Source: Lepidodermella squamata (Eukaryota > Animalia > Gastrotricha). Taken from it: 64,000 nt of DNA. This document shows, piece after piece, positions 63,188 to 64,000 of this stretch. The notes below the pieces were generated by a model. It saw nothing but the letters and a program-made list of their open reading frames with translations, had not been told where the DNA came from and searched no databases. Location: the NCBI GenBank assembly GCA_047495785.1, contig JBLDXI010000013.1:2666001-2730000 (forward strand). The letters run 5' to 3'. Every line of letters starts with the position of its first letter. Position 1 is the first letter of the stretch. Made by a program: the position numbers and the translations under genes.

Positions 63188-64000
63188 TTAATTGGAAAAA
63201 ACTTTGGGTTGACCACCTCTTTGAGTGAGAATTGAAACAACAGCTAAATTGATTTGCATATGCACAATTTTGAAAATAATCAAATAAATTGCTGTAGACT
63301 TGGTTGCATCTAAGACACATCTATACATCATGTACAATTCATCCTTCATGATTCCTAAATGATGGAGTTGACATGTAAGATGCATCTTGTACCCATCTAG
63401 AACACTTGTTTGACATGCATCTTACATGTGTCTTACATGCAGCCGACATGTGACGGTCTCATATAGATGACATCTACATCAGGCCAGGACGATCCCTTTT
63501 TTTTCCTTGGGCCTTCTCGCTTCTCGCCTGCGTGTCGCACTTGTCGAAGCCAGCGGCCCACGATATATGTGTTATGTGTTTAGGGTTTGCTCTTTCTGCA
63601 TAATAATGATCTTTTGACTAAAGAGCTGCCGGTCACTTCTTACTTATTAGCTTCTTAGATGTTGCCCCACGCCGGCTGAATTTTGTCTGTTTTTTGTCTG
63701 CGCAAGGCTGTCTCAGAAAATTGAAAAGAAACCTTGGAGAACTAGAGAAAATCAAGTCATGAGACGAGAATATTATTGATTGATCATAAAGCGAGCCGAG
63801 AGAAGCGAGCTTTAGCTGACGCTACTTTTTTTTATTTTACAGCAGTAATGACCTTCAAATGTGCTGTATTTAAGTATGTCGAGATCTGTACTTGCCAGGA
63901 GGCGAAAATCCGGAAAATACATAAGGGTTGCATCAGTCCGTTACCGTCAAAGATGACGTGGCGCCGGTCCCAAGTTGTAATTCGATGACGGAGCCTCAAA

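Larger units (their letters stand above)
62548..63511. mobile_element. Non-autonomous TIR element with CCC...GGG ends, 2-bp CC duplication and subterminal ATCTACATGAC repeats (CMC/EnSpm-like)
   Basis: Left CCCAAGGAAAAAA...GATGTAGATGTCAT.TA and right reverse complement CCCAAGGAAAAAA...GATGTAGATGTCAT.TA; CC on both flanks. Confidence 0.7.

Overview
Gene-dense segment of a compact animal (invertebrate, probably bilaterian) nuclear genome: GT-AG introns mostly about 50 nt, CpG not depleted, no prokaryotic features or CRISPR arrays. Spliced genes reconstructed by eye, in order: CCDC166/CCDC121-like coiled-coil (-), RPL22 (+), 6-phosphogluconate dehydrogenase (+), CAMTA (+), an orphan multi-pass membrane protein (-), a single-domain globin (+), a PHGDH-like protein lacking its catalytic residues (+), an orphan secreted/GPI-type protein (+), TAF4 (-), Piezo (+), a 7-finger C2H2 protein (-), a secreted two-domain PAN/apple-like protein (-), castor/CASZ1 (+), EDC4 (-) and VPS35 (-). 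Mobile DNA: a 5'-truncated non-LTR retrotransposon flanked by a 304-bp direct duplication, one copy of which is split by a 1.67-kb TIR element; a CCC...GGG TIR element with a nested retro-fragment; and weaker remnants. Most notable: the very long apparent target-site duplication, a TyrB10/GlnE7/ThrE11 globin next to an NAD-binding pseudo-dehydrogenase, hidden micro/cassette exons in Piezo, CAMTA and EDC4, and a possible RPL22-PGD operon/trans-splice arrangement. Family calls rest on motifs recalled from memory; no searches were run.
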